Source: an uncultured Bacillales bacterium
Lineage (GTDB): Bacteria; Bacillota_I; Bacilli_A; RFN20; CAG-826
Reading direction: 5' to 3'
Length of the DNA stretch: 64,000 nucleotides
NCBI GenBank assembly: GCA_947164155.1
Contig: CAMUVS010000001.1
Coordinates: 44,499-108,498 of the forward strand
The translations under genes and the position numbers were made by a program. Positions 1 through 10,355 of the stretch are shown one piece after another. Under the pieces are notes generated by a model, which searched no databases, was not told where the DNA came from, and worked only from the letters and a program-made list of their open reading frames with translations. Each line of letters starts with the position of its first letter. Within the stretch, counting starts at the first letter, position 1.

Positions 1-664
1 CTATAAATAATAATCCATTGTTATTCCTATGGAATAATTCGTCAAATTTTTGAATAACTTCTTTAGTGTTATTAACTTTATATCCACAGATATGACCGCC
101 ATCTTTATTGAGTTCAAAGTCATATACTTTTTCTAATTTGTCACGATTAGCATATAACTCTTCTACGATGGTTTTTTTAGGATCATCAAACAACACTAAA
201 ATATGAGGTAATTCAATCGGTGCGTCTTTTCTAATCTTTAATCGAGGTGGAATTCTTTCTACGATTGTAGCTTCACTTGCTCTAATTAAAGCGTCAGTCC
301 CTTTTTCGTAAGAATAATCTTCTAAATCAACTGCTAAAATTAAACCTAAACGTCTAACTCCATAAGAGGTGACTCTTTCAACAAGAATAAAGCATTCACC
401 GATATCTACTAAATCATTGTTTCTCAAATAATGGTTGATATTTTTATTAATACCTTCAATATATTTGTTGTTATCAGTATTTTCTAAATACGCTTCTGGA
501 TAAATCATATTGAAAGTTGAGACTTCTTCTTCAATTTCTTTTTTTAAAGAGTCCCAATATTCAAGATTAGAAGTGTATTGATCACAGGCAATGACCGCAT
601 ATTTAGACATATCCACTCCCTTTTTAGGAAGTAAGATATGAGGTGCCTTTACAGTTTTAATCAT
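1..664 (-). CDS. Conserved hypothetical protein, DUF1015-like. It is partial: the C-terminus runs off the window start.
   Basis: An open minus-strand frame continues past position 1. The ATG at 664..662 (MIKTVKAPHYLLLKKGVDMSKYAVIACDQY...) overlaps the gdhA stop. Recognition of the family is by memory only. The ORF track omits it because it lacks an in-window stop. Confidence 0.5.
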   Translation of the reverse strand, partial: MIKTVKAPHILLPKKGVDMSKYAVIACDQYTSNLEYWDSLKKEIEEEVSTFNMIYPEAYLENTDNNKYIEGINKNINHYLRNNDLVDIGECFILVERVTSYGVRRLGLILAVDLEDYSYEKGTDALIRASEATIVERIPPRLKIRKDAPIELPHILVLFDDPKKTIVEELYANRDKLEKVYDFELNKDGGHICGYKVNNTKEVIQKFDELFHRNNNGLLFI

Positions 665-2010
665 TAGCAAACACCTTGAGCAAGCATTGCATCATAGACT
701 TTTAAGAATCCCGCGATGTTAGCACCTAACGCTAAGTTACGTGGTTGACCAAATTGAACCGCGGTATCATGACATGCTTTAAAGATTTTCTTCATAATTT
801 CTTCGAGTTTTTGGTCAACTTCTTCGAATGTCCAGCTTAAGTGCATAGCGTTTTGACTCATTTCAAGACCAGAAACCGCAACTCCACCAGCGTTACTTGC
901 TTTTCCTGGAGCAAATAAGACATCATGAGTGTTGAAATATCTAATCGCTTCTACATCGGTTGGCATATTTGCACCTTCCACTAACATATAGCAACCATTT
1001 TTCTTTAATTCTTCAGCTTCTTTTAAAGCGATTTCACCTTGAGTTGCACATGGAAGAGCAATTTCACAATGAACAGACCATAATCCTCTAGGTCCTTCTA
1101 CAAATTTTGCCCCTTTATGTGTAGAAGCATATTCTTTTGAGAACATACCTTTTTTCTTACTTAATTCAACAATATATGGAACATCTAATCCATTAGGGTC
1201 ACTAACGTATCCATCAATATCACTCATACCCACTAAAATAGCGCCTAATTGATGTGCTTTTTCAGCGGCCATTCCACCGACTTTACCACACCCAGAAATG
1301 ATGATTTTTTTGCCTTTGAAATCAGTATTATAGTAAGTTTTGAGCATTTCTCTAGCATAATAGAGCAAACCATAACCTGTTGCTTCAGGTCTAGCTAGAG
1401 ATCCACCATAAGAGATTCCTTTGCCAGTGAAAACACCGCTCCATTCGTCTCTTAATTTCTTATACATTCCAAACATATATCCGACTTCTCTAGCGCCAAA
1501 TCCTAAGTCTCCAGCAGGGACATCAGTGTCTGGTCCAATATGTCTAAATAACTCAGACATAAATGACTGGCAGAATCTCATTACTTCGCCATCGCTTTTT
1601 CCACGTGGATCAAAATCAGCGCCACCTTTGCCGCCACCCATAGGGAGACCAGTTAAGCTATTTTTAAATGTTTGTTCGAAACCTAAAAACTTTAAAATTG
1701 ATAAATTAACTGATGGATGAAATCTCATACCACCTTTATAAGGACCAATTGCAGAGTTGAATTGCACTCTATAACCGGTATTTACTCTAATTTTTCCTGA
1801 ATCATCAACCCAAGGGACTCTCATTTCAATAACTCTTTCAGGAACAATCAATCTTTCTAAGATTGAGTATTGTTCAATACGTGGATCTTTTTCCACTAAG
1901 AAATCCATTGAGTCAAAAAATTCTTCAACTGCGGCAACAAATTCTTTTTCGTTACCATATCTTCTTTTTACATCTTCTAACAAATTATTTAAATATTCAC
2001 TCTTATACAT
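664..2010 (-). CDS. gdhA: NADP-specific glutamate dehydrogenase
   Basis: 448 aa. It carries the hallmark GDH motifs (GGGKGG, the PxxGGxKGG region, the Rossmann GCGKVG motif) and has full-length similarity to the Glu/Leu/Phe/Val dehydrogenase family. Confidence 0.93.
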   Translation of the reverse strand: MYKSEYLNNLLEDVKRRYGNEKEFVAAVEEFFDSMDFLVEKDPRIEQYSILERLIVPERVIEMRVPWVDDSGKIRVNTGYRVQFNSAIGPYKGGMRFHPSVNLSILKFLGFEQTFKNSLTGLPMGGGKGGADFDPRGKSDGEVMRFCQSFMSELFRHIGPDTDVPAGDLGFGAREVGYMFGMYKKLRDEWSGVFTGKGISYGGSLARPEATGYGLLYYAREMLKTYYNTDFKGKKIIISGCGKVGGMAAEKAHQLGAILVGMSDIDGYVSDPNGLDVPYIVELSKKKGMFSKEYASTHKGAKFVEGPRGLWSVHCEIALPCATQGEIALKEAEELKKNGCYMLVEGANMPTDVEAIRYFNTHDVLFAPGKASNAGGVAVSGLEMSQNAMHLSWTFEEVDQKLEEIMKKIFKACHDTAVQFGQPRNLALGANIAGFLKVYDAMLAQGVC

Positions 2011-2124
2011 AGAGTCTCCTTTCTTGAATGCATGAAAAAATGGTCATTAAAACGACTTAACACTCATTCGAATAAATAATTTCATCTACAACTATAAGAG
2101 TATCACTTTAAATTCTTTTTACAA

Positions 2125-2166
2125 GTAAAAGAAAAGCGGACCATTTATTTCTAGCCCGCTATCTTA
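2125..2166 (-). terminator. Putative rho-independent terminator downstream of the deaminase gene
   Basis: On the minus strand, a GCGGGC...GCCCGC-type hairpin (GCGG/CCGC stem) is followed by TTTTCTTTT. Confidence 0.4.
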
Positions 2167-2168
2167 GA

Positions 2169-2624
2169 TTAATAAATTGTATGATTGAGTCTTGTATATT
2201 CGCCATAAAGTTTTAAACAGGCTTTTCTATCTAACTCAATAACTAGTTTTTCTCTTTCTCCAGGTTTTTGCATCTCATAGAATTTAGCATCTCTAAACCC
2301 AATTTCTTCTGTATCAATAATGTTACAACCGTAGAATACTTTCTCGATGTTAGCCCATAAAATTGCGGACATACACATTGGGCATGGTTCACCAGTTGTA
2401 TATAATTCACATCCACTTAAGTCATATGTTCCAAGTTTCTTACAGGCTTTGTGAATTGCCATCATTTCGCCGTGACAAGTAGGATCATTATTCTTTAAAA
2501 CTTGATTATGTCCCTTACCGACAACTACTCCATCTTTCACTATAACCGCACCAAAAGGACCGCCGTGACCAGCTCTAATTCCTTTTCTTGCTTCATTAAT
2601 CGCCATTCTCATGTACTTATTCAT
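2169..2624 (-). CDS. CDA-fold nucleoside or nucleobase deaminase, guanine deaminase GuaD-like
   Basis: 151 aa. Motifs GGPFGAVIVKDG, NDPTCHGEMMAI and EPCPMCMSAILWA are present. The zinc-binding H(A/G)E...PCxxC signature and the length match B. subtilis GuaD. Confidence 0.75.
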   Translation of the reverse strand: MNKYMRMAINEARKGIRAGHGGPFGAVIVKDGVVVGKGHNQVLKNNDPTCHGEMMAIHKACKKLGTYDLSGCELYTTGEPCPMCMSAILWANIEKVFYGCNIIDTEEIGFRDAKFYEMQKPGEREKLVIELDRKACLKLYGEYTRLNHTIY

Positions 2625-2642
2625 TTTTTAATACCTCATTAA

Positions 2643-3692
2643 CTATTTTATATTTTTCATATTCTTTTTTGTAATCCATTTATCAAAAACTCTAAAATAA
2701 TACTCTTTCCATGTCTTCTTTAATATGTCTTTATTATAAAAATTAGATATAAATTTAGAGTTCTCAACATTTTCATTATAGTAGGTTATATCATTTTTAA
2801 GTTTATTAAGTTCATTATTGAATTCTTCAACTGATTTTCCACGACAATATTTTTGAAATAGAATCGGTTTATATAAATCTAGATCACGAACCAAAAATGG
2901 TTTATGGACATTGCATGCTTCTAGGATTGTCATTGGGAATAATTCAATGAATGAGGGCATAAACAAAACATCACAAATATTAAAAACTTCATTCATGTAT
3001 TCTCTATCGATAATGGATAAATGAATCATATTTTGAGGTAAGTTTTCCAATAATTTCTTATATTTTTTGTATCCATCAGTAATTTTGCCAAAGCTAAATC
3101 CACCTGCCCAGATGAAAGTCATGTCAGGATTTTGTCTAGCGACTTCTACAAAACCATCAAATCCTTTTCTAGTTTGAATCTGGCCGCAGCCAAGAACTAT
3201 AAATCTATCTGTTGGAACACCATATTTTTGTTTTAATCTATCAATTTCATCTTTTTGTAAAGGTTTAAATTTTTCATGATCAACAAAATTAGGTATATAG
3301 GTTATTTTTTCTTTTGGAATTTTTATCTTTTCTAACTCTGAAATAAAAGAGGGATTAACAACAATAATTTCATCTGCTTTTCTATATGTTTTTTCAACAT
3401 ATCTATTAAAAATTTTATTAATTAGTTTAGGTAGTTTAAGGCTCCCGTCATTTTTAGAGGGAACAAAGTGAACATACATAATATTTAAATGTTTCTTGTT
3501 CATTCGTATACGATATTTAGGATCAACTGTATGGATATGGTAGATGTCAAATTTAGATGACTTAGAGTTTATTTCAACTTCAAAATCATCTTTCATCTCT
3601 TGGATAAGTGTTACTTGTTCTCTAAAAGCACTAGCAACCCCTTGTCCTTTAACGGTTTCAGCACTACTAAGCATGTTAATACGTAATTTCAT
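2643..3692 (-). CDS. GT4-family glycosyltransferase, glycolipid (diacylglycerol glycosyltransferase / CpoA-like) synthase type
   Basis: 349 aa. The N-terminus MKLRINMLSSAETVKGQGVASAF is typical of streptococcal or lactobacillal GT4 alpha-glycosyl-DAG synthases. The C-terminal GT-B fold region (…FMPSFIELFPMTILEA…) fits the family. Confidence 0.6.
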   Translation of the reverse strand: MKLRINMLSSAETVKGQGVASAFREQVTLIQEMKDDFEVEINSKSSKFDIYHIHTVDPKYRIRMNKKHLNIMYVHFVPSKNDGSLKLPKLINKIFNRYVEKTYRKADEIIVVNPSFISELEKIKIPKEKITYIPNFVDHEKFKPLQKDEIDRLKQKYGVPTDRFIVLGCGQIQTRKGFDGFVEVARQNPDMTFIWAGGFSFGKITDGYKKYKKLLENLPQNMIHLSIIDREYMNEVFNICDVLFMPSFIELFPMTILEACNVHKPFLVRDLDLYKPILFQKYCRGKSVEEFNNELNKLKNDITYYNENVENSKFISNFYNKDILKKTWKEYYFRVFDKWITKKNMKNIK

Positions 3693-3789
3693 AACACTTC
3701 TATTTTAATAGAACACGATGCGAATAAAAATCTTTATTTTAATGATATTAATATCTTAAAATATATATACTTTGTAAAGGAGGCTAGTC

Positions 3790-5190
3790 ATGTTAAGTAA
3801 AAAATTAGCTATAGAAGTTCTTAACAAAATGTTAGAAACTGGCGCTGACTACTCTGAAATATTCTTTGAGGATAGTATTGGAACAGGTATTACCATTGAA
3901 AACGGTAAGGTTTCTACTTCTTCAACAGGAATTACTTCTGGAGTTGGCTTAAGAATATTAAAAGAAAATAGATGCGTATATGGTTATACAAGTGATTTAA
4001 CAAAAAAAGGACTTATGTCTTTAGCAGATTCATTAAATAAATCCTTTAATGGAGAGAGAATCCTAACAGTAGACCACTTAGATTTAATTAAAGCACCTAA
4101 TAGAAATCCAATTAAAAGGAGTTATAAAACCTTAACTCAAGAAGAAAAAATCGCTTTAATTAGAGAAGGCACTAATGCAATAGAAGAATTAAAAGATCCT
4201 AGAATCGTAAGATACATAGGTAGTTTTGGCAGTAATTATCGCTTTGTTGCTGTCTATAATTCAAAAGGCAAATGGTTTAAAAAAGAAACCGAGTTTGCTA
4301 GACTCGCTTACTCAGTAGTAGTCGCTGACGAAACTGGTATGGAAACGGGATTTGAAGGACCAGGTTGCCAAGATGATATTTCATATTTTAGAAATAAAGT
4401 TAAACCAAGAGAATCAGCACTTAAAGCTGTTGATACAGCATTATTAATGCTTTCTGCTAAAGAATGTCCAAGCGGAAAAATGCCAGTTGTTATTGGAAAC
4501 GGTTGGGGTGGAGTTCTTTTCCATGAAGCATGCGGACACCCACTTGAAGCAAGTGCTGTTTCTAGAGGATTAAGTTGTTTTGCCGGTAAAGAAGGAGAAA
4601 TGATTGCTTCTCCAATCGTTACCGCAGTCGATGATTCCACTATTCCTAATGCTTGGGGATCAATTGATATTGATGATGAAGGCAACTTAGGAACAAAACG
4701 TGTCTTAATTAAAGATGGAAAATTAGTTAACTTCATGATTGATGACTTTAATGGTAGAAGAATGGGCAAAGAAGGTAACGGATCTTGTCGTAGACAGAAC
4801 TATAAATATTGCCCAACAAGTAGAATGAGTAACACGTACATTGATAACGGAAAATCAAATCCAGAAGATATTATTAAGGCTACTAAATTAGGTTTATATG
4901 CAGTTTCGTTTAATGGAGGATCTGTTGATCCAACCACAGGTGAATTTAATTTTGGATGTTCTGAAGCTTATATTATTAGAGATGGAAAAATCGCTGAACC
5001 AGTAAAAGGAGCAACTTTAATTGGTAAAGGCGAAGATATCCTTAAAAAGATTGATATGGTAGGAAATGATTTAGCCTTGGCTCAAGGTATGTGTGGTGCC
5101 GCTAGTGGAAGTATACGTACAAATGTTGGACAACCTACTATTCGTGTGAGCGAAATTTTGGTTGGCGGAAGAGGAGGAGAATTAAAATAA
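3790..5190 (+). CDS. tldD: TldD family metalloprotease
   Basis: 466 aa. The HEACGHPLE (HExxxH) motif and a Gly-rich C-terminal region are present. An AAGGAGG RBS sits upstream. Confidence 0.85.
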   Translation: MLSKKLAIEVLNKMLETGADYSEIFFEDSIGTGITIENGKVSTSSTGITSGVGLRILKENRCVYGYTSDLTKKGLMSLADSLNKSFNGERILTVDHLDLIKAPNRNPIKRSYKTLTQEEKIALIREGTNAIEELKDPRIVRYIGSFGSNYRFVAVYNSKGKWFKKETEFARLAYSVVVADETGMETGFEGPGCQDDISYFRNKVKPRESALKAVDTALLMLSAKECPSGKMPVVIGNGWGGVLFHEACGHPLEASAVSRGLSCFAGKEGEMIASPIVTAVDDSTIPNAWGSIDIDDEGNLGTKRVLIKDGKLVNFMIDDFNGRRMGKEGNGSCRRQNYKYCPTSRMSNTYIDNGKSNPEDIIKATKLGLYAVSFNGGSVDPTTGEFNFGCSEAYIIRDGKIAEPVKGATLIGKGEDILKKIDMVGNDLALAQGMCGAASGSIRTNVGQPTIRVSEILVGGRGGELK

Positions 5191-6512
5191 TGAAATTCGA
5201 TAGATTTTTTGAACTAGCTAAAAAAGCTGGAATTGAAGAAGCAGAATTTACATTCTCATCAACTAGTTCTTTATCTTTCTCTTTGTTCCATGGAGAAATA
5301 GATTCATATTCAAATAATAAGTCTTATAGTTTTTATGCACGTGGAATTTATAAAGGAAAAATGGGTTCTATTGCTAGCGATGTATACAATAACAAAATGG
5401 CAGAATATTTTGTTGAACAAATCATTGCAAACGCCTCAGTTGTAGAAAATGATGATCCTGTGTTTATCTTTAAAGGAAGTGAAAAATACAGAAAAATTAA
5501 TACTTTTAATCGTCGATTAGGCAATATTCCTGTAGAAAAGAAAATTGAAATTGCAAAACAAATTGAACAAGAGTTAAAAAACGCTGACCCAAGAATTGTT
5601 GAAGTGGCAACAGTTGCTTATGACGAGACAAGTAACTCTACCACTATCATAAATACTCACGGATTAAAGCTATCTCAAAAATCAAACTTCTTTGCGTATT
5701 ATGGTTCTGCAGTAGCTAAAGAAAAAGAACAAACAAAGACTGGATTCGAGCTTTACTTTGGAAATGATTTTGAAAAATTTGTCCCAACTGATTTAGTAAA
5801 GGCTATTGCTAAAGAAACAGTTTCCCAATTAGGTGGATTCCCTTGTGAATCATCAACCTACAAAGCAGTATTAGCACCATCTGTTGTTTCTTCATTAATG
5901 TCCGCTTATATTTCAAGCGCAATTGCAGAGGATGTACAAAAGAACTCATCTTTATTTATTGGAAAATTAGGTCAAAAAGTAGCGTCTAAAAAGGTTACAG
6001 TCGAGGATTTACCAATTAATAAAACTGTTTTTGCAAAATCGTTCGATGATGAAGGCGTTGCTACTTCTAATAGAGCAATTATCAAAAATGGTGTCTTGCA
6101 AACCTATCTATATAACTTAACAACCGCTGCTAAAGATGGTGTTGAATCTACAGGTAATGGTGTTACCTCAGGTAGTAAAGTCTATACAGCACCAACATAT
6201 TTAAAAATGAGGCCTGGAAAGAAATCTCAGGAAGAACTATTCAAAGAAATTGGTAATGGCGTTTATATTACCGATGTTTCAGGTTTACACGCTGGATTAA
6301 ACTCAAGAACAGGTAATTTCTCACTTCAATCAACAGGATTCTTAATTAAAGACGGAAAAATTGATCATCCACTCGATATCATTACAGTATCCGGTAACTT
6401 AGTTAAACTATTTAACTCAGTGTCCTATGTAGGTAATGACAGTAAAGAGTTTATGAGCGGCACTAATTGCCCTTCTGTCATTGTTTCTAAATTAGTTGTT
6501 TCTGGAAAGTAA
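5190..6512 (+). CDS. pmbA: PmbA/TldE family protein, the partner of TldD
   Basis: 440 aa and translationally coupled (ATGA overlap with the tldD stop). It has TldD/PmbA-fold similarity but lacks the HExxxH motif, as expected for TldE. Confidence 0.75.
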   Translation: MKFDRFFELAKKAGIEEAEFTFSSTSSLSFSLFHGEIDSYSNNKSYSFYARGIYKGKMGSIASDVYNNKMAEYFVEQIIANASVVENDDPVFIFKGSEKYRKINTFNRRLGNIPVEKKIEIAKQIEQELKNADPRIVEVATVAYDETSNSTTIINTHGLKLSQKSNFFAYYGSAVAKEKEQTKTGFELYFGNDFEKFVPTDLVKAIAKETVSQLGGFPCESSTYKAVLAPSVVSSLMSAYISSAIAEDVQKNSSLFIGKLGQKVASKKVTVEDLPINKTVFAKSFDDEGVATSNRAIIKNGVLQTYLYNLTTAAKDGVESTGNGVTSGSKVYTAPTYLKMRPGKKSQEELFKEIGNGVYITDVSGLHAGLNSRTGNFSLQSTGFLIKDGKIDHPLDIITVSGNLVKLFNSVSYVGNDSKEFMSGTNCPSVIVSKLVVSGK

Positions 6513-6520
6513 AAAGTAAT

Positions 6521-6572
6521 AAGTTGATAGCTAAACAAAAAAAGTTTGTTATCAACTTTTTTAATGCTTATA
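6521..6572 (+). terminator. Rho-independent terminator after tldD-pmbA
   Basis: A 9-bp stem AAGTTGATA/TATCAACTT is followed by TTTTTT. Confidence 0.5.
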
Positions 6573-6585
6573 ATTTTGATTAGGT

Positions 6586-8028
6586 ATGGAAGAAATCGAA
6601 ATAGAAGAGTTAAAAGAGCAGCTATTAACTGCAGTAGAAAAGCGCGATCGACAAAAAGTCATCGAAATTTTTGATACTGTTCCAAACATTGATATTGCAG
6701 AAGCCGTTGAAGATGTTGATGATGTCAAAACTCTTTTATATATCTTTAAAGTCGTAAATAACGAATACGCTGCTGAATTTTTCGCAGAATTATCTTCTGA
6801 CCAACAAGAATTAATCATTAATGCTTTCTCAGATAAAGAACTCGTTGATCTTATTAATGAGTCCTACGCTGACGATATTACTGACGCTATTCAACAATTA
6901 CCAGCCAACATCGTTAACAGGGTTTTAAAAGTTTGCCCTAAAGAAATGCGAAACGATGTTAATAAACTTTTAAACTATAAAGAAGATACTGCTGGCAGTG
7001 TCATGACTACCGAATATATCGAAATGAAAGAAGATGTCACTGTAAAAGATGCCATCAAGTTCATTAGAGAAAAAGGTAAAGATGCTGAAACTGTTTATAC
7101 AATCTTTGTCAGAGACAATAAAAGAACACTTACTGGAACAGTAGACTTAGATGATTTAATCTTCGCAAAAGAAGATGAAAACTTATCAGACATTATGAAT
7201 AGAGACTTTGTCTCTTGTAATGTTAATGACGACCAAGAAGATGTTGCTAAAATGTTCAAACGTTATGATTTAACGGCGATGGCAGTTACTAATGATGAAA
7301 ACAAAATCGTTGGTATTATCACCATCGATGACGTTGTTGACATTATGGAAGAAGAAACCAGTGAAGATATTGCTCGTATGGCGGCTATCTCTGATATGTC
7401 TGATCCATATTTAAAGACACCTGTATATAAACTTGTTTTGAAATGTGTTCCTTGGATTATTGCTTTAATGATATTACAAGTCTTCTCAACCTTAATTCTT
7501 TCTGGATTTGAAGCGGAGATTAGTAAATTTGCTATCTTAGCGGTATTCACCCCACTTATTATGGATGCTGGAGGAAACTCTGGTGGACAAACCACTACCA
7601 TGATAGTTAGGTCATTATCTCTTGATGAATTTGATAAAAAAGACTACTGGAAAGTAGCCTGGAAAGAATTACGTGTTGCTGCTTTAATTGGCGGCATCGT
7701 TGCTGTTTTTGCTTTTGGATGGCTAATGTTTGAGATGAGTGTTGGTATTGTTGACACTTCTTCTATACAGTTATCTGATAAAATCGGTTTAATCCATGGA
7801 GAACTTCTAATTGCGACTTTAGTAGCATCAACATTATTTGTCACAATGATTATCTCTAGAATGGTTGGTTGTTCACTTCCATTCTTAGCTAAATTAGTAA
7901 AATTAGACCCAGCAGTGGTCTGTGGGCCTTTTACTACAACTATTGTTGATATCGTATCTTTAATTACTTATTTCTTAATCTGGACTCAAATTTTGAATCC
8001 ACTATTCTTTAATATCTATTATTCGTAA
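6586..8028 (+). CDS. mgtE: Magnesium transporter MgtE
   Basis: 480 aa. It has an N-terminal MgtE-N domain, tandem CBS domains and a C-terminal 5-TM MgtE channel domain. A TATAAT box lies just upstream. There is no M-box leader, because the intergenic gap is only 73 nt. Confidence 0.9.
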   Translation: MEEIEIEELKEQLLTAVEKRDRQKVIEIFDTVPNIDIAEAVEDVDDVKTLLYIFKVVNNEYAAEFFAELSSDQQELIINAFSDKELVDLINESYADDITDAIQQLPANIVNRVLKVCPKEMRNDVNKLLNYKEDTAGSVMTTEYIEMKEDVTVKDAIKFIREKGKDAETVYTIFVRDNKRTLTGTVDLDDLIFAKEDENLSDIMNRDFVSCNVNDDQEDVAKMFKRYDLTAMAVTNDENKIVGIITIDDVVDIMEEETSEDIARMAAISDMSDPYLKTPVYKLVLKCVPWIIALMILQVFSTLILSGFEAEISKFAILAVFTPLIMDAGGNSGGQTTTMIVRSLSLDEFDKKDYWKVAWKELRVAALIGGIVAVFAFGWLMFEMSVGIVDTSSIQLSDKIGLIHGELLIATLVASTLFVTMIISRMVGCSLPFLAKLVKLDPAVVCGPFTTTIVDIVSLITYFLIWTQILNPLFFNIYYS

Positions 8029-9176
8029 AGTTTATAAATATCTAATTCCCATTTAGGGTGTGCTTGGCACACCTTTTCTAATGCCTCATTAAATAACACT
8101 AGTTCAGGATGTTTACGGCTAGGAATTGTATTTTTATAGGCTTTAGCAACCTTTGATAAGGCTAAAGCGCACTCACTACGTGATTTATCAAATAAACCAG
8201 CCATTAAGATATATGTTCTAATTCCAATTAAAGTGTGATCGCTAGAAATATCTCTTTTAAGAGATAAAGATATCTCATTATTATAATATTCACTCATTTC
8301 TTCAAATGGGGTGGTCATAATTTTAATGTATATTTTTTGTTCGTTAACTTCTAAGAATGGTTTACTTGTTAATTCTCCAGGTTTCGCTAATATTTCTTCA
8401 ATTAATTTAGAAGCTTCATCGTATTTCTTTTCATCAATAAAAGTCGCTACACTTAATAATTTCCCTTCAGCGCGATTAAGATTAACTTGTTTAACTGGTT
8501 TATCGTCCTTTTTATCATCGCTAATAGTGATAGAACCATTATGATCATTACTCGCGGCTAATAAATCGTTATAACCTTGATAATCTTTGCTTTTTAATAA
8601 AGAGAAAAGTTGATATCCATTAGTGAATACATCACTTTTAATCGGAATAATATCATAGATAAATAAAATTAAAGAGATAATCCCAACGGTTAAGAAAGCA
8701 TATGCGACATCCCCGTCAAATTTAGATCCAGTTTTATTGAAATAAAAGAAACAAATTAACGCTCCTACAAACCAAGATAAATTAAAGAAAGGACCATATA
8801 ACAAATAAGGAAGAGGATTTGGTTTCTCTTTCTTTGCATAATTAGGAACAATTAATGTTTCTCCAGTTAATCCATTAAATCTTCTAAAGCCAAACTTATG
8901 TTTACCGTTATCAACATAAATAGTGAAATATAAGATAGTAAATTTAACAATCTTATATCCACCAGCTTTAGCTCCTAAGGCGTGGCCAAATTCAAATAAT
9001 ATCGCGCTTAATATAATTCCTACAACAATACAGCCAATGATATATAAGGCATATTGCCACACAGCAGTCATTGCCGAATTTTGGAAATGCCTTTGAAGAA
9101 CAGTAAAACCATACACCACCGCAAATGCGAAGATGAGTAGGTACATGATAATTCCAAAAATGCTCTCTTTTTTCAT
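8019..9176 (-). CDS. Hypothetical polytopic membrane protein with a C-terminal soluble domain
   Basis: 385 aa. The N-terminal half has about 6 TM segments and contains FEFGHALGA, a degenerate HExxH-like stretch. The C-terminal half (about 180 aa) is hydrophilic. No confident family assignment. Confidence 0.45.
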   Translation of the reverse strand: MKKESIFGIIMYLLIFAFAVVYGFTVLQRHFQNSAMTAVWQYALYIIGCIVVGIILSAILFEFGHALGAKAGGYKIVKFTILYFTIYVDNGKHKFGFRRFNGLTGETLIVPNYAKKEKPNPLPYLLYGPFFNLSWFVGALICFFYFNKTGSKFDGDVAYAFLTVGIISLILFIYDIIPIKSDVFTNGYQLFSLLKSKDYQGYNDLLAASNDHNGSITISDDKKDDKPVKQVNLNRAEGKLLSVATFIDEKKYDEASKLIEEILAKPGELTSKPFLEVNEQKIYIKIMTTPFEEMSEYYNNEISLSLKRDISSDHTLIGIRTYILMAGLFDKSRSECALALSKVAKAYKNTIPSRKHPELVLFNEALEKVCQAHPKWELDIYKLYE

Positions 9177-9182
9177 AATTTG

Positions 9183-10355
9183 TTATAAACAAGAATAATA
9201 TATTTTGCGTGCGACTTCATCATTTATCGGTTTTGTATGATGATAAACAGTGCGTGTGTTATTGTTTGTAACTTTATTTACTAAAGATTCAATATCTTCT
9301 TTCTTCACTCCTAAATCAGATAATTTATTAGGGAGATCCATGCGAGAAAAATATTCTTCAAAAGCAGATATTGTCGCTAAAGCATCTTGCTCTTTATCTC
9401 CAGAATATATATCAAACACTCTTTCCCCTAAAGTGGTGAATTTATCAATATCGTATTTGTAATAATATTTACACCAAGCAGGGAATAAAATTGCTAGTCC
9501 TAAACCATGAGCGATATGTGGGAATGATCCACTAAGAGGATGCTCTAATTGATGTACTGGCATATTGTATTTTTTGCCAATACTAGTTAATCCATTATGA
9601 GATAAAGAAGAGGCAAGCATTAAAGCAGATTGATATTCGTAATTTGTAGGATTTTGATATGCAAGTAAGCCAACTTCTAAAACATTCTTAATTAATCCTA
9701 AAGCAAACTCATCTGCAAGTTCATATTTATCACTCTCAGAAAAATATCTTTCTAATGTATGCATTAAAATATCCACTACACCATAAGCAATTTGTTCTTT
9801 TGGTAATGAATAAGTTAACTCTGGATTTTCAATTGCAAAGACAGGTCTAACTAAATCAGAGTTAAATCCAACTTTGATACCAGTTGCATCATCTTGAATA
9901 ACACAAGAATTTGATAATTCACTTCCAGCAGCGGAAATAGTTAATATAACTCCAACAGGTAATGCTTTAGTTGGTATTGCTTTATGTAAATTGATATCTT
10001 TGACTCCACCATTATGATAGAAGTTAACCGCAATACACTTTGCGGTATCGATCACACTACCTCCACCAATGGCCAATATGAAATCAATTTTATGAGTGCG
10101 AATAATAGACAATCCTTCTTCAACTAAATCAAATGTTGGATTTGCCCTTACTCCTCTAAGTAATTCAAAAGGAATAGAAGCTTTTCCTAAAGAAACAACC
10201 ACTCTTTCTAATAAACCACTTTTAATAACCGAATTCTTACCAATAACAATTAAAACTCTACTAGCTCCAAATTCTTTTAAAATGGAGCCAACATCGTTTT
10301 CTTTTCCTGATCCGAAATATATTTTAGTGGGAGATACAAATTCAAAGTTTTTCAT
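9183..10355 (-). CDS. Iron-containing (group III) alcohol dehydrogenase
   Basis: 390 aa. It carries the GGGSVIDTAK NAD-binding motif and conserved His residues (HxxxH) for the Fe site. Substrate is not assignable. Confidence 0.85.
   Translation of the reverse strand: MKNFEFVSPTKIYFGSGKENDVGSILKEFGASRVLIVIGKNSVIKSGLLERVVVSLGKASIPFELLRGVRANPTFDLVEEGLSIIRTHKIDFILAIGGGSVIDTAKCIAVNFYHNGGVKDINLHKAIPTKALPVGVILTISAAGSELSNSCVIQDDATGIKVGFNSDLVRPVFAIENPELTYSLPKEQIAYGVVDILMHTLERYFSESDKYELADEFALGLIKNVLEVGLLAYQNPTNYEYQSALMLASSLSHNGLTSIGKKYNMPVHQLEHPLSGSFPHIAHGLGLAILFPAWCKYYYKYDIDKFTTLGERVFDIYSGDKEQDALATISAFEEYFSRMDLPNKLSDLGVKKEDIESLVNKVTNNNTRTVYHHTKPINDEVARKIYYSCL

Noticed and set aside
1421-1720. Antisense shadow ORFs inside long genes (for example 1421..1720, 4308..4769, 7263..7601, 24113..24499, 27812..28069, 44022..44423, 51093..51383)
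   Set aside because: Each lies entirely within a well-supported longer CDS on the opposite strand, is low-complexity, and lacks an RBS. These are typical frame shadows.
6513-6585. Expected M-box (ykoK) Mg2+ riboswitch upstream of mgtE
   Set aside because: The intergenic region is only 73 nt and is occupied by a terminator hairpin and a -10 box, which leaves no room for an M-box of about 160 nt.
8029-9176. Active M50/zincin metalloprotease call for the membrane protein based on EFGH
   Set aside because: The motif lacks the first His of HExxH, so a catalytic assignment is not justified.
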